A DNA stretch of 54,487 nt from Octopus bimaculoides. Lineage: Eukaryota. The notes beneath the pieces are model-generated. The model did not search any database. It was given only the letters and a program-made list of their open reading frames with translations, and was not told where the DNA came from. How positions within the stretch are numbered: the first letter of the stretch is position 1; the number at the start of each line of letters is the position of its first letter. Both the position numbers and the translations under genes were made by a program. Location: assembly GCF_001194135.2 (NCBI RefSeq), contig NC_068983.1, forward strand, positions 23,378,497 through 23,432,983. Reading direction: 5' to 3'. This document shows, piece by piece, positions 1 to 11,570 of the stretch.

Positions 1-52
1 TATATATATATATACTTTATTTAAAAGCAGCAGAAATATAACAAAAAAACCG

Positions 53-124
<72 letters not shown>

Positions 125-170
125 GTAGATAGATAGATAGATAAATAGATAGATAGATAGATAGATAGAT
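1..170. repeat. (TA)n and (GATA)n microsatellites
   Basis: Direct reading. Confidence 0.95.
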
Positions 171-439
171 AACCATCTAAGGATGCATAAGTTTCCATAA
201 CTGCCGTCTCTGAAGAGTGCAGGGTTACATAACTGGGCAGTTTCCTAACACTCCGTTGAACCCCTTGCACGAAACCGATTGGTAAGATCGGCTGTAATGG
301 ATATATAATGCTGTACATTTCAATTAGTATATACATATACATGCACACACACACACACACATATATACAGTGAGCGAATGCGAGAGATGGAAAGAAAGAG
401 AAAGTGAGAGATAGACAAAGAAGAGAGGAGGGTAGGGCT

Positions 440-690
440 GTGTCATATATCATCATGATCATTAAGGTTGTCTTCATCATCATTGTCATTGTTACCACCA
501 TTACCACCACTGCCATCCTCCTTTTCCTCCCATCCTCTTCCTCTCTTCCCTCCTCTCCTCCCTCCCCCCTCTTCCTCCTTGCCATCGTTGTCATTGTTAT
601 CGCCGTCATAGTCCTTGTCATCATCATCATCGTCGTCGCCGTCGTTGTCATCGCTGTCGCCGTCGTCATCATCTTTCATCATCGTCGTCG

Positions 691-734
<44 letters not shown>

Positions 735-820
735 GTCATCATCATCATCATCATCACCATTAACAGCAGCAGTAGCAGTAACAATAACAGCAACAAAAAC
801 AACCACAAAATTATCATTTA
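440..820. repeat. Compound trinucleotide microsatellite (CAT/CGT/CCT/AAC)
   Basis: Direct reading; source of the poly-H, poly-I and poly-M pseudo-ORFs. Confidence 0.95.
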
Positions 821-1200
821 AAAACAAAGACAATTATGATTATAATCTTGATAATAATCCTTTCTAATTTTGGCACAAGGCCAGCAACTGTGAGGGGAGG
901 GGAGGGGGAAGTCAATTACATCAACTCCAGGCCTCAACTGGCACTTTATTTTATCAACCCCAAAAAAGTTGAAAGGCAAAATTGACTTCACAGTATTCAA
1001 ACTCAGAATATAAAGAGCAGAAAAAAATGCTGTTAAGTATTTTGCCCTGTATGGTAACAATTCTATCAGTTCAACAACATATATTACACATTTTCTTTTA
1101 GATGTATTCAGATCAGCTCCAAGAATTTTAATTAGATAGAATCCCCTTTATTCATATATTCATTAATTTCGGAATATTTCATGCACAAGCGTGACTGTAT

Positions 1201-1228
1201 GGTAGTGGTGGTGGTGGTGGTGGTGGTG

Positions 1229-1269
<41 letters not shown>
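1201..1269. repeat. (GGT)n-(AGT)n microsatellite
   Basis: Direct reading; continuous with the family D SINE tail. Confidence 0.95.
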
Positions 1270-1270
<1 letters not shown>

Positions 1271-1608
1271 AGGACCCCCTTTGGTCATGAATGACCATGA
1301 GATGCGCATAGAAAGTTCCCCTCCGAGGCACAAGTCTGGGCAAGGTTATTGATGGTAGGCCAGCAGTCACCCATGCATACAAGCCCCCTCTGCTCTCCAC
1401 ACCACCGATGTTATCCCAGTGAAAGGCAAAGGCCGATACAGCATGGCACCAGTGACGTCGCAACTCATTTCTACAGCTGAGTGAACTGGAGCAACGTGAA
1501 ATAAAGTGTCTTGCTCAAGAACACAACATAAAGCCCAGTCCAGGAATCAAACTCACTACCACATGATTGTGAGCCCGATGCTCTAACCACTGGGCTATGC
1601 ACCTTTAC
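1270..1608 (-). mobile_element. tRNA-derived SINE family D
   Basis: A-box TAGCCCAGTGG, B-box GAGTTTGATTCC, block GTGTTCTTGAGCAAGACACTT, (TAC)n tail. Related copies at about 18255-18525, 1875-1975, 44455-44582. Confidence 0.75.
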
Positions 1609-2069
1609 ATAGTAGTAGTAGTAGTAGCAGCAGCAGCAGTATGGGGGCATGCGCTACTACTCCTGGTGGATGATGCGTCTGTATCAGCCAGGTGACAACT
1701 CTCCAACACATGAGTCTGTTTTGGGTAGTTGCTGCTAGAAAGGGTCTTATGAAGTAGGAGTGCAAATCCTACCCCAACCTTTTTTTTAGTTGCCTTTTAC
1801 GACACATGAGGAAACATTGGGGCTATACTCCAGCATGCCAGTCTCCACACAGCACTAGAACAGCATTTAATGAAGTGTTTTACTCAAGAACACAACATAC
1901 TGCCTTGTCTGGGAATTGAACCCACAATCTGACAATCGTGAGTGTAACACCCTAACCACAAGGTCATATGCTTTCACATGGTGAAGTATTTGTCTCAGAA
2001 GCACATGGTTTCAGGTTCAGTTCAACTTCATGGTACCTTTGGCAAAAATCATTTACTTTGGCCTATATG

Positions 2070-2105
<36 letters not shown>

Positions 2106-2270
2106 CAACGGGCTTCTTCCAGTTTCCGTCTATTAAATCCACTCCCAAGGCTTTGGTCGGCCCGAGGCTATAGTAGAAGACACTTGTCCAAGGTGCCACG
2201 CAGTGGGACTGAACCCAGGACCATGTGGTTGGTAAGCAAGCTACTTATCACACAGCCACTCCTGCGCCTG

Positions 2271-2690
2271 CTTAGCAGCATTTCGTCCATCTTTACATTC
2301 TGAGTTGAAATTCTGTCTAAGCTGACTTTGCCTCTCATCCTTTTAGGTGTCAATGAATTAAATACCAGTGAAACACTGGGGTCGATGTAATCGACTAGTG
2401 CCTTTCCCTCAAGTTTCAGGTCTTGTGCCTATAGTAGAACAGATTATTGTTAGTAAGGCAGTAAGCTGGCAAAATTGTTAGCACACTGGACAGAATGCTT
2501 AGTGGCATTCCGTCTGTCTTTATATTCTGAGCTGAAATTCTGCTGAGGTCAACTTTACCTTTCATTCTTTCGTGGGGGTTGGTGTCAATAAATTAAGTAC
2601 CAGTAAGACACTGGGATCGATGTAATCGACTAGTCCCCTCCCCCAAATTTCAGGCCCTGTGGATTATTATTATTATTGTTATTGTTGTTA
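2271..2690 (+). mobile_element. SINE family C, tandem pair
   Basis: B-box-like TGAGTTGAAATTC, conserved GCCTYTCATCCTTT..GGTCRATAAA..AGTACCAG block, (TTA)n tail. Other copies at about 838-1065(-), 3385-3600(-), 14010-14225(+), 18725-18940(-), 25840-26130(+), 40905-41092(-), 46283-46460(-), 49205-49280(-). Confidence 0.8.
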
Positions 2691-3255
2691 TTGAATGAGA
2701 AAGTGCAGTGCATGCATGCCATCAAAATGACCCTGGGGTACAAATATACGAAGCCCAGTATACCCATCATGACTACTCATCTGATAAGGGTACACCAAGC
2801 ACATGCATCACAACCATATGTGCACGACATGATCCTATATTGCAATATACAGCTCGTGACCTTGTTGGTGAAGGACCTGTATCTATTTCAACCAAATACA
2901 CTGTAGTTGGCAGAGTTATGTACCTTATCTAAGGATATAAGAAAGCCAACTATCTTTGATGTTCAGAGATAATATCATCATTATTGGTTTATAACTAAGA
3001 AAGTTATGGCAGTAGTTATTAAAGAGGAACATTAAAAGCTAGTCCTCTAGCGAGGATACATCAAGACGTTTGCCTATCCTATAGGATAAAAAACAATAAT
3101 GGAGTAATAGCATAAAGAGAAGAATGACTAAACCTAGAGTGACTAAAAAAATGACAGTAAATGTAAGAAAATAAATGATGTTTGCCATTTATTTGAAGCA
3201 GTTTCCTCCCTTTATGAGAACAGTTATTAGGTACATATTTTCAAGCAATACTTGC

Positions 3256-3270
3256 TTAATAATAATGATG

Positions 3271-3334
<64 letters not shown>

Positions 3335-3385
3335 TGACGACGACGATGATGGTGATGATGATCATAATGATGATGATGACGATAG
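3256..3385. repeat. (ATA)n-(ATG)n microsatellite
   Basis: Direct reading; adjoins a family C SINE tail. Confidence 0.95.
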
Positions 3386-3600
3386 CAATTCTGTCTAGGT
3401 TTTGTTGCAAGTCCAGCACTTTTTAGAAAGATGGGAAAAGTCAATTTCATTGGCTCCCCCTCCCCCCAGTGCTGAACTGGCATTTATTTTATTGACCCGA
3501 AAGGATGAAAAGTACAGCAAATCTTGGCAGCATTTGATTTCAGAACATAAAGCTGTATGAAATGTCACTATGCATTTTGTCTGGTGTGCTAACAATTCTG

Positions 3601-3644
<44 letters not shown>

Positions 3645-3903
3645 GAAAAAGAGTGGAAATTTTAGGATTTATGGGGTGGGGATGGGGTTAAAAATTAAAA
3701 AAAAATTCATAATCGTATATAGAATACTAATTCGCAAAAATTGTCTGAAAATTCCGAAAAAAAAAAAAAAAATGTTATGAGGGGTTACACGGGATGCTTA
3801 AACCAGAATTCCACCGGGAGCACACTTGCTTTCACTAGTCTTGACATTTGTTACGGACCACAGACTATAAAAGTTTTATTCTCTGCTTTGTGTCAGTTCA
3901 TAC

Positions 3904-4240
3904 TTAACCCATTACCTAGCAGTGATCTCATATGAGATCACTTAAAAATTACAAATTTCGTAATTATCTCTCAATATTTACACATATCTAACCTTTTTGC
4001 TATATCTACTAAGTATATTTTTTCTGAGGTTTGCTAATTTTTCACCCAATATCTCGCTTATTTCTATTTAAAATGTTATTTTTAAATGCTATTTTGATCA
4101 TTTCAGCGTGTTTCTAAGGCTGTTTTATGCTAGAATTCAAAGTTTCATAAAAAAATAAAATTCCAGTTAATAGAATTATGGGAGGGGCACTATCATGCTA
4201 TTAGCTGTCAGAAGTGAAAGTGCTCACTGCTAGTGAAGTA
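3904..4240. mobile_element. Possible decayed MITE with an internal 22-bp palindrome
   Basis: Starts TTAACCCATTACCTAGCAGTGA; inverted TCACTGCTAG at about 4224-4233; AGTGATCTCATATGAGATCACT at 3921-3942. Confidence 0.35.
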
Positions 4241-4320
4241 TCTGTCTGTCTGCCTGTTGCTGGCCTGTCGATTCTTTGGCTACTGACTGCTAATACCATG
4301 ACTGGCCGGAGCGAGCTATA

Positions 4321-4362
<42 letters not shown>

Positions 4363-4700
4363 TTACTCGAAAGTTCGCGCGTCATTTCCTGAAATTGCAA
4401 ATTATTTAAAATATAAAAATATAATTTTCAACAGAGAGAATTTATCAAAATAGAAAACAAATGAAGTTTGAAGTTTAAAAATAATAGGATCGACCACTCA
4501 CGACTAGCTAGCGCGGACGCGAGTACCCTTATANNNNNNNNNNNNNNNNNNNNNNNNNNNNNNNNNNNNNNNNNNNNNNNNNNNNNNNNNNNNNNNNNNN
4601 NNNNNNNNNNNNNNNNNNNNNNNNNNNNNNNNNNNNNNNNNNNNNNNNNNNNNNNNNNNNNNNNNNNNNNNNNNNNNNNNNNNNNNNNNNNNNNNNNNNN

Positions 4701-5066
4701 TGTTAAACTAAAGACTATATGGCACTCCGTCGCTTACGACGTCGAGAGTTCCAGTTGATTCGATCAACGGAACAGCCTGCTCGTGAAATTAACGTGCAAG
4801 TGGCTGAGCACTCCACAGACACGTGTACCGTTAACGTAGTTCTCGGGGATATTCAGCGTGACACAGAGTGACAAGGCTGACCTTTTGAATTACAGGAAGT
4901 AAGAGTGAGAGAAAGTTGTGATCTGCCACCATCCCCTGCCGGAGCCTCGTAGAAATTTTAAGTGTTTTCGCTCAATAAACACTCACAACGCCCGGTCTGG
5001 GAATCGAAACCGCGACCCTACGATCGCGAGTCCGGTGCCCTAACCACTGGGCCATTGCGCCTCCAC
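4701..5066 (-). mobile_element. tRNA-derived SINE family E (Lys-tRNA-like head), CpG-rich, next to the UQCRFS1 promoter
   Basis: Head GCAATGGCCCAGTGGTTAGGGCACCGGACTCGCGATCGTAGGGTCGCGGTTTCGATTCCCAGACCGGGCG; a decayed copy of the same body is at about 17545-17850. Confidence 0.75.
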
Positions 5067-5105
5067 TAAGAAGATAAAAGATATAACCTTCAGTTATTTC
5101 CCTTG

Positions 5106-5143
5106 TATTATATAATTTACTTCCGTTTTTCTTTCTACTTCCG
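5106..5143 (+). promoter_or_regulatory. Putative UQCRFS1 core promoter: TATA-like tract plus two ETS/GABP-like ACTTCCG motifs
   Basis: TATTATATAA at 5106-5115; ACTTCCG at 5119-5125 and 5137-5143, 80-105 nt upstream of the ATG. Motif match only. Confidence 0.4.
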
Positions 5144-5222
5144 CTTTAAAACTCTTTCGCTCTCAAGTCAACCGAGAGACTTACATTTTGTTCAAAAACG
5201 TTCAGCCTACTTTGGTAGCAAA

Positions 5223-5421
5223 ATGCTCGGTTCCATACCGAGAGGCCTTGGATCAGCCTCAAAACAAGTGGTCTCTCATGTAAATCGCTGTATTATCCCT
5301 GAATTTCATTTATCAAAAGGCAGTGGTATTATAGTAGCGGAACCAGTGGCAGCTTTAACCAATTATTCACTCTCCAAGCTGATCCCAAACAAGCCTCTGG
5401 CTGCCAGTCATGGTGTAACAG
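5223..5421 (+). CDS. UQCRFS1: UQCRFS1 (cytochrome bc1 Rieske Fe-S subunit) exon 1, mitochondrial presequence
   Basis: ATG at 5223; MLGSIPRGLGSASKQ...KPLAASHGVT+G (199 nt, phase 1). Ends at CAG/GCAAGC (GC donor). KPLAASHGVT aligns with vertebrate [10 protein letters not shown]. Confidence 0.9.
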
Positions 5422-6084
5422 GCAAGCTTTTTATTTTTCTGTTATATAATCATATCCTTTCGATTTTTTGTAGGTTTGATTTTTTAAAAAAAAAGTCGTG
5501 TGTACCTCTGATAAATATTTCATTTCATTTATCTATTTCGAAAGAAATCTATTTGTCCTTAAACATTCGCAATGACTTTGATGCTGTGTCTTCCTTGTTT
5601 TGGAAGGTCATTGACATGTCCGAATACAACTCAGTAGTTTCTTATTGCTTGAACACTTTTAACTTACTGTTAGTTATTTAACTTTACTGTAAAGTATATA
5701 TTATATTTCAGTAAAATCACTTGTTTTTCTAGAATATTCTTATTTATTCGAGTGTAGTATTTCTTATCCTTGAACTATTTTCGTGGTATCTTTACAATTT
5801 TGTTTTCTACACTATGAACAAATAGAATGAAGGACAGAAAACAATTTTTTATCTATTTGCAAAAGTTGTAAGAATACCAGTTAAGTGCCTGCAGGGGAAA
5901 TGTCTGTTTCTCCCATTTAGCCAAAGGCTCACCACACCCCAAAATCTCTGAAAGTACTTAATTTGGACTATATGTAATCTGAACCTTTCCCCCCTTATTA
6001 TTTTTTTTTTACGGAATCCCACGTTTTAGGCTATGGAGATTCCGATTCTGAAAAAAAATTTTCAAAAATCTCAATTTCAAAATT

Positions 6085-6531
6085 TCGTTTAACGTCCTCT
6101 TTCCATGCTAGCATGGGTTGGACGATTTGACTGAGGACTGGTGCAACCGGATGGCTACACCAGGCTCCAATCTAATTTGGCAGAGTTTCTACAGCTGGAT
6201 GCCCTTCCTAACGCCAACCACTCAGAGAGTGTAGTGGGTGCTTTTACGTGTCACCCGCACGAAAACGGCCACGCTCGAAATGGTGTCTTTTATGTGCCAC
6301 CCACACAAGAGCCAGTCCAGGGGCACTGGCAACGATCTCGCTCGAAAATCCTACAAGGCCAGTCAGGCGGTACTGGCAACGGTCACGCTCAGGATGGTAC
6401 ATCTTATGTGCCACCCGCACAAGAGCGTGTCCAGGGACACTGGCAACGATCTCACTTGGCTTGCCGGGTCTTCTCACGCACAGCACATTTCCAAAGGTCT
6501 CGGTCAGTAGTCATCGCCTCGGTGAGGCCCT
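6085..6531 (-). mobile_element. 5'-truncated RTE LINE 3' end (family A): ORF C-terminus plus modular 3' UTR
   Basis: Encodes GLTEAMTTDRDLWKCAVREKTRQAK*, then repeated UTR modules and terminal GCATGGAAAGAGGACGTTAAACG. Other copies at about 8113-8325, 10552-10797, 11587-11800, 16225-16475, 19860-20060, 24532-24685, 31055-31170, 31199-31385, 41092-41262, 44047-44245, 51830-51985. Confidence 0.8.
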
Positions 6532-7329
6532 TTATAAAGTATTTAATCTGGTAATTGAAGTGAATAACTAAGAAATAGCGTTATTCAATCAGAACAGTCT
6601 AGAAGAGAAAGAAATATAAAATATGACATGTTTTAAAAAAATGCTTATCACATTCTCTGATTAAAAGAAAAAACAAAGCATTCAAATAGCTAGAATAGAC
6701 AATATTGATATCCCAACAAACTCTCCCTCAGTGTGGAAGGGGGATTAAAATATCTTGTTACAAATATCAATCCAACAAAATAGCTTTTTCCTTAGATATT
6801 TGGACTAATATAGTAGACATTGTTCAACTTAATATTTTAAAACAGTGAGAAAGTACCCAATGAAATCTATGCCTGATTTCAAAAGTTTGATAATACAATT
6901 TAACTGTATTAGTCTTAATTGCAATTTTAAAGTTATGATAACTAAACAAAATAAGTCATTTATAGAGATTCTTTTATTGGAATAATTCCACACACTATAT
7001 CATGGTCAGATTACATGAGAGCAAAAACATTGGGTAGTTCTATTCAGCAAGCTAGGTCTTGAGAATAAGTTCAATTTAATGCTGAATCCTATCAAATGCT
7101 TGTTACTGCTGTGTGCCTTTATGATGTTAATAAGCAAAATTTAAGTCAGGGAATTTGAATAGTCTGTTGCAGACTATATCACGCGGCCAGATAAAACTGC
7201 TACTTCTCAAAAGTATTAAAGAGTGGATGCCGGGCTTTTGTTTGTCAGCCTTCTACTACACAATCTCAGGTATCCTCAGTTTTTCAATCTGGATTGTGTG
7301 TTCTGCTTCCAGGCCCCTTATACCTATAT

Positions 7330-9545
7330 TAAAGATGAAAATTATTGATGGACTGATGCTTTTTGAGAAAGCTTCTGTTGAATATCCTACCTTCAGCATC
7401 CTGAGATCAACTTTCACTCTTTCTGCTTATGCTCTTTTATTCTGTTCCCCATGAATCTCCTTGTTCCTCTTTACCCACTGTCACCATCTATACACATTTC
7501 ATTTCCACACTAATGCAGTCCTTTGTCTTGTACACTTCAACTGATTCCTCTTATTCTCAGTTTTCTCTCCGCTCATGTATCTCTACGTTCATGCTTCATG
7601 CAACACTAATTTTACACATTCAGTAGATCATACCAGCTTTTTTTAATTTTTTTTCATCTTTCATACATTCTCTGCATTCAGTGCTTATATTTAACTACCA
7701 TGCAACATCACAGTTCAAACACAAGCATCATACAATTTGTCCTTTGCTCTGAGAGAATCCTTTTGTTAGCAGATATAATAGCTCCCTGAACTTTTCCCAC
7801 TATTCTAATTCTAGATCCCATGCTTTAAGAATACCCTCTTCCATAGTTAGGCCTCTTGGATAACTAAAGCTCTCAATTATTTCTGTATAGCATTCTGAGC
7901 ATTGCAAGGAATTTTACTTTTGATCTAACTGCTACTCCTGTATATCTACCACTAGCAAAATTCTTACTGTTAGCCTGCCTTTGTATTCTACTATATTTTG
8001 TGTGCCCATAGATCACTGGATAACTGGAAGTTCTACCTACCTTTCTGCATATTGAGTGCCACTATTTTACAAATGGCATCAGTCCTGTATTCTTTCTGAC
8101 TTACTGAAACAAGGGCCAGTCAGGCGGTACTGGCAACGGCCACACTCAAAATGGTGTTTTTTACGTGCCACCTGCACAGGAGCCAGTCCATTCGCACTGG
8201 CAACGACCTTGCTCGAATGTTTTTTCACTTGCCAGTAAGGCGACGCTGGTAATGATCACGCCCAAATGGTGCTATTTATGTGCCACTGGTATGGAAGCCA
8301 GACAGCTGCTCTGGCAATGATCAGAAACAAATAATGAGATCAAAGATGAAAAAAGGGTAATGGGCGTATATGCCATATTTTGAGAGTTTTTGCTCCTTCT
8401 CAGATATGAAACGTCATAGCAAAAACCAGTGCTGGCTATAATTTCTATAGAATATCTGTAGAGATAACCTTAACAAGTAAAATAAGGAGTTAAAGTATGA
8501 CAGAAAGGGCCAGAGCAAGTTTTTTGTTGTAGAGGGCCACAAGGCTGCTCACATTTTAGAAGAGGGGGTGGGAAGTGACCAGGGTGGAGCAACAGGGAAA
8601 AGGTAAAAGTAGTGATAAGGTGTGTGTGGAACTGCAATGTACTTGGGGAGTAGAAATCAATGGGGACAGAAGAACTGGTAGTGTGGGTGGGTCAAAGTTG
8701 CAAGAGTATAGGAAAGTGAAACACAGGGAATGGGTGAGACTTCATATGCGGGTCACATAGGAAGGTTACTTTGTTAATCTGCCTGTGATTCAACTATACT
8801 TTTTGTGTGCCCAAAGCTTACATTGGGTACAACTTATGGAGTTTATACCTACAATTTTTTCTGGATATTGAGCAAGGCCATTTCCCTGAAGCCAGGGTCC
8901 TGTCTTCTTTCCTGTTTACTAAAACCTTGGTTTATGCTAAGTTTACCTTGTGATCTCTTGATTCTATGTTCAGTTGCTTGGAATTTCCTAATTCCTCTAT
9001 CGATTCATCTATTTGAACTAGATCATCAGGATATAAGAGTCTGCATGGATATCCAGTCTTAATCTCCTCTATGTACATCTTTGTACATAACTTGTACATC
9101 CCTCACAAACCATTCATCTACATCTAGTTTCCTCAGTGACCACCAGATAACTGAACATGGTACCTTGTGAAATGCCTTCTCCTAGCAGTTTATTCTTTAC
9201 TAAGTATTTCCCCTGCAGCTGCTTCACCATATTGCGTTAGTGGGTGCCTCTTCCAGGTATGAAGCCAAACTGCATCTCATCTAGGTCTCCTCTATCGTGG
9301 ATTAAATGAACTGTGATCCTCTCTCTGATCCATTAGTGTGATAACTTGATCCACTTGTGAAATTTCTCAGTAGCTACTTATCTCTCAGGCATCTTTGCCT
9401 TTGTAGCAGTTAATATAAAGATACCACTATGCCAGTCATTAGGTATGATATCTTCTTTGTGTAACTTGATTAACTATATTGGTGGTGATTATGTATCTTA
9501 TTTTAAGCATCTTCTCAACTATCCGTATTGATATATCCTAGATAG
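7330..9545 (-). mobile_element. Old, interrupted RTE LINE remnant in UQCRFS1 intron 1
   Basis: LDEMQFGFIPGRG..KQLQGKYLVKNK (about 9150-9300), VIWWSLRKLDVDEWFVRDVQVMY (about 9070-9150), RKLRIRGIS.SVQ (about 7520-7570); heavily decayed. Confidence 0.65.
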
Positions 9546-10849
9546 TTATGAAAGGTCTGTTAATCAGATAATGACCAGATAATATCATCCAAATTTTCTG
9601 TGATTGAGGCATACAGTATTGTGGCATTACTTTTGTTACTCTTTGTAAATCATTCTTATCAAGGGATTTACAAATCCATATTAAGGACTTATGTTGAGCA
9701 TAACATCATTTTCAAACTGCATATTGTGACAATTTTTTGGTTGTCTCAAGGTGAAAATGTCAGTTGTACCAAATCAGTGCAAAATAATCATTTTTGGTAA
9801 AGACTCCTTCTAAGAACATACATATCAATAATTTGACTAATATATTCAAATGAATGATATATTTATCACATCAGCCACTATTCTTTGTTATACATTGAAT
9901 TCTAATATAATATAATGTCTTTATCATGCTATTGTGCTCTCTTTCTGTAAAGGTATTGCTTCCATCAACAACTTTGGTTAAGCATTTTATTTATAAGATG
10001 TTCCAGTTTTGATATCAGAAGCAGTGAGTTTTCAGATCAACTGGTATACAAGTGAACTGAATTAAAAATATTAAATTGAGGATGGGTGCAGTATCTTAGT
10101 TTAAGATCAAGATTGTATTTATCAGTAATCATAATAAACCAATATTGTTAACTGCAACGATAAAAAGAGCAATTCTCGATGAGAGTAGTACAACTAATGA
10201 ATCTACAAGTGATAGATAAATTTACCGTGTTGGTAAAATTTCTTGGCAAAGTCTTGAATTGATTTCTTAGTGCAATCTAATTGTCTTCTTCTCATTAAAA
10301 CTCCTAGTCAGTCAGTCATCTGACCATCTCCCAAAACAAAGCAAATTATTCTTCATTTTCAAGTTGACAGTATCACTTTCTCAAGATTTATCATTTCACT
10401 CAGATCTTTGAGATAAACTCCTGTCCACTTCATATCTCAATTTAGTCCTGGATGATTTTTTTTGTTTGTTTAAATTTCAATGAGTTCCATGCTGACTGCC
10501 CATCATAACAAGTGAGTTATAATTAACCATTTTGAAACTGTAATACTTGTGCATCATCATCGTTTAACGTCCACTTTCCATGCTAGCATGGGTTGGATGA
10601 TTTGACTGAGGACTGGTGAACCAGATGGCCACACCAGGCTCCAATCTGATTTGGCAGAGTTTCTACAGCTGGATGCCCTTCCTAACGCCACCCATTCAGG
10701 GAGTGTAGTGGGTGCTTTTACGTGCCACCGGCACGAAGGCCAGTCTGGCAGTACTGGCAACGGCCACGCTCAAAATGGTGTATTTTATGTGCTACCTGTA
10801 CATAAAATTTTTCTTTTTTGCTTGGTTTGGAGAAAAGAGCTGTGTTCAT

Positions 10850-11570
10850 AGCCTTTACAGGTTCGTGAGCTTGATACTGCCAGAATTCTTTTTGAGCAGT
10901 TACAAATTGGAAACTAAAGGGAATATGTGCAGCATGAGAATTCCAGGGGACTGACATTCAGGGAGAAACAACTGAGCATTGTTAGTGTGGAGATGTGGAG
11001 TGAATACAGTATGGATGGCAAAAGGAAGCAGGACTAGTTGAATGGAGGTGGTATGAGACCAGCCTGCTCTGAGGAACAGAAGCTACTGTAGTGATGGTAG
11101 GAAAGTCAGAGCATCAACAGCCTATTTGTGCTGTTTATGTTCTCTGACCTCTCACCATTAGTACATTTGCAATTGATTGCATGTCAGTTGGCTAAGTGAA
11201 CTTTCTTTAGAAGTTGTCTTGGAGATCTTTGTGTAAGATTTAACAACACGTGTTCCAGACATGGGAACAGTATTCTATTTGTGTATGCAGTGTAGAGTTG
11301 AATACAAAGCAGAGAGCAAATATGGGTACATTTTTCAGAGTACTACCTATAGAAGTCATGGTTGAGAAGCGGGGTGAGTGAAGGTTCTTCAAAGTTGGTA
11401 GAAAGCTTTTTAGGAGGGGAGCAAAAATATTGGTTTCAGTTTGGGAGGCAGACATCTTGAGGAATATGCAATGCACAGAGGCATCTTTTGTGGTTTGGGT
11501 GATAACTTTGCAGGAGTTGTGTTGGTGGATATGAACCATATATTTTGTAGGAATAGATGAATTATGTGGC
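10850..11570 (-). mobile_element. Jockey/CR1-group LINE RT C-terminal fragment
   Basis: QIEYCSHVW and SYHHYSSFCSSEQAGLIPPP match the YKAQIRPxxEYCSHIW / FYRYYHGFCSSEL type RT tail. Confidence 0.65.

Noticed and set aside
404-821. ORFs with poly-His, poly-Ile, poly-Met and poly-Asp
   Set aside because: Translations of trinucleotide microsatellites; the same applies to 1179-1463, 3175-3483 and 3562-3780.
4989-5066. tRNA gene calls at SINE heads (also about 1530-1608 and 13360-13438)
   Set aside because: A/B boxes are present but acceptor stems do not close and the heads continue into SINE bodies.
5103-5681. 192-aa ORF as a standalone protein or N-terminal extension of UQCRFS1
   Set aside because: It starts at a non-ATG codon. 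Only 5223-5421 matches Rieske presequences; the rest is promoter/UTR and intron read-through.
6141-6571. Overlapping ORFs with AEFLQLDALPNANH that recur across the window
   Set aside because: Translations of the family A retroelement 3' UTR, not a gene family.
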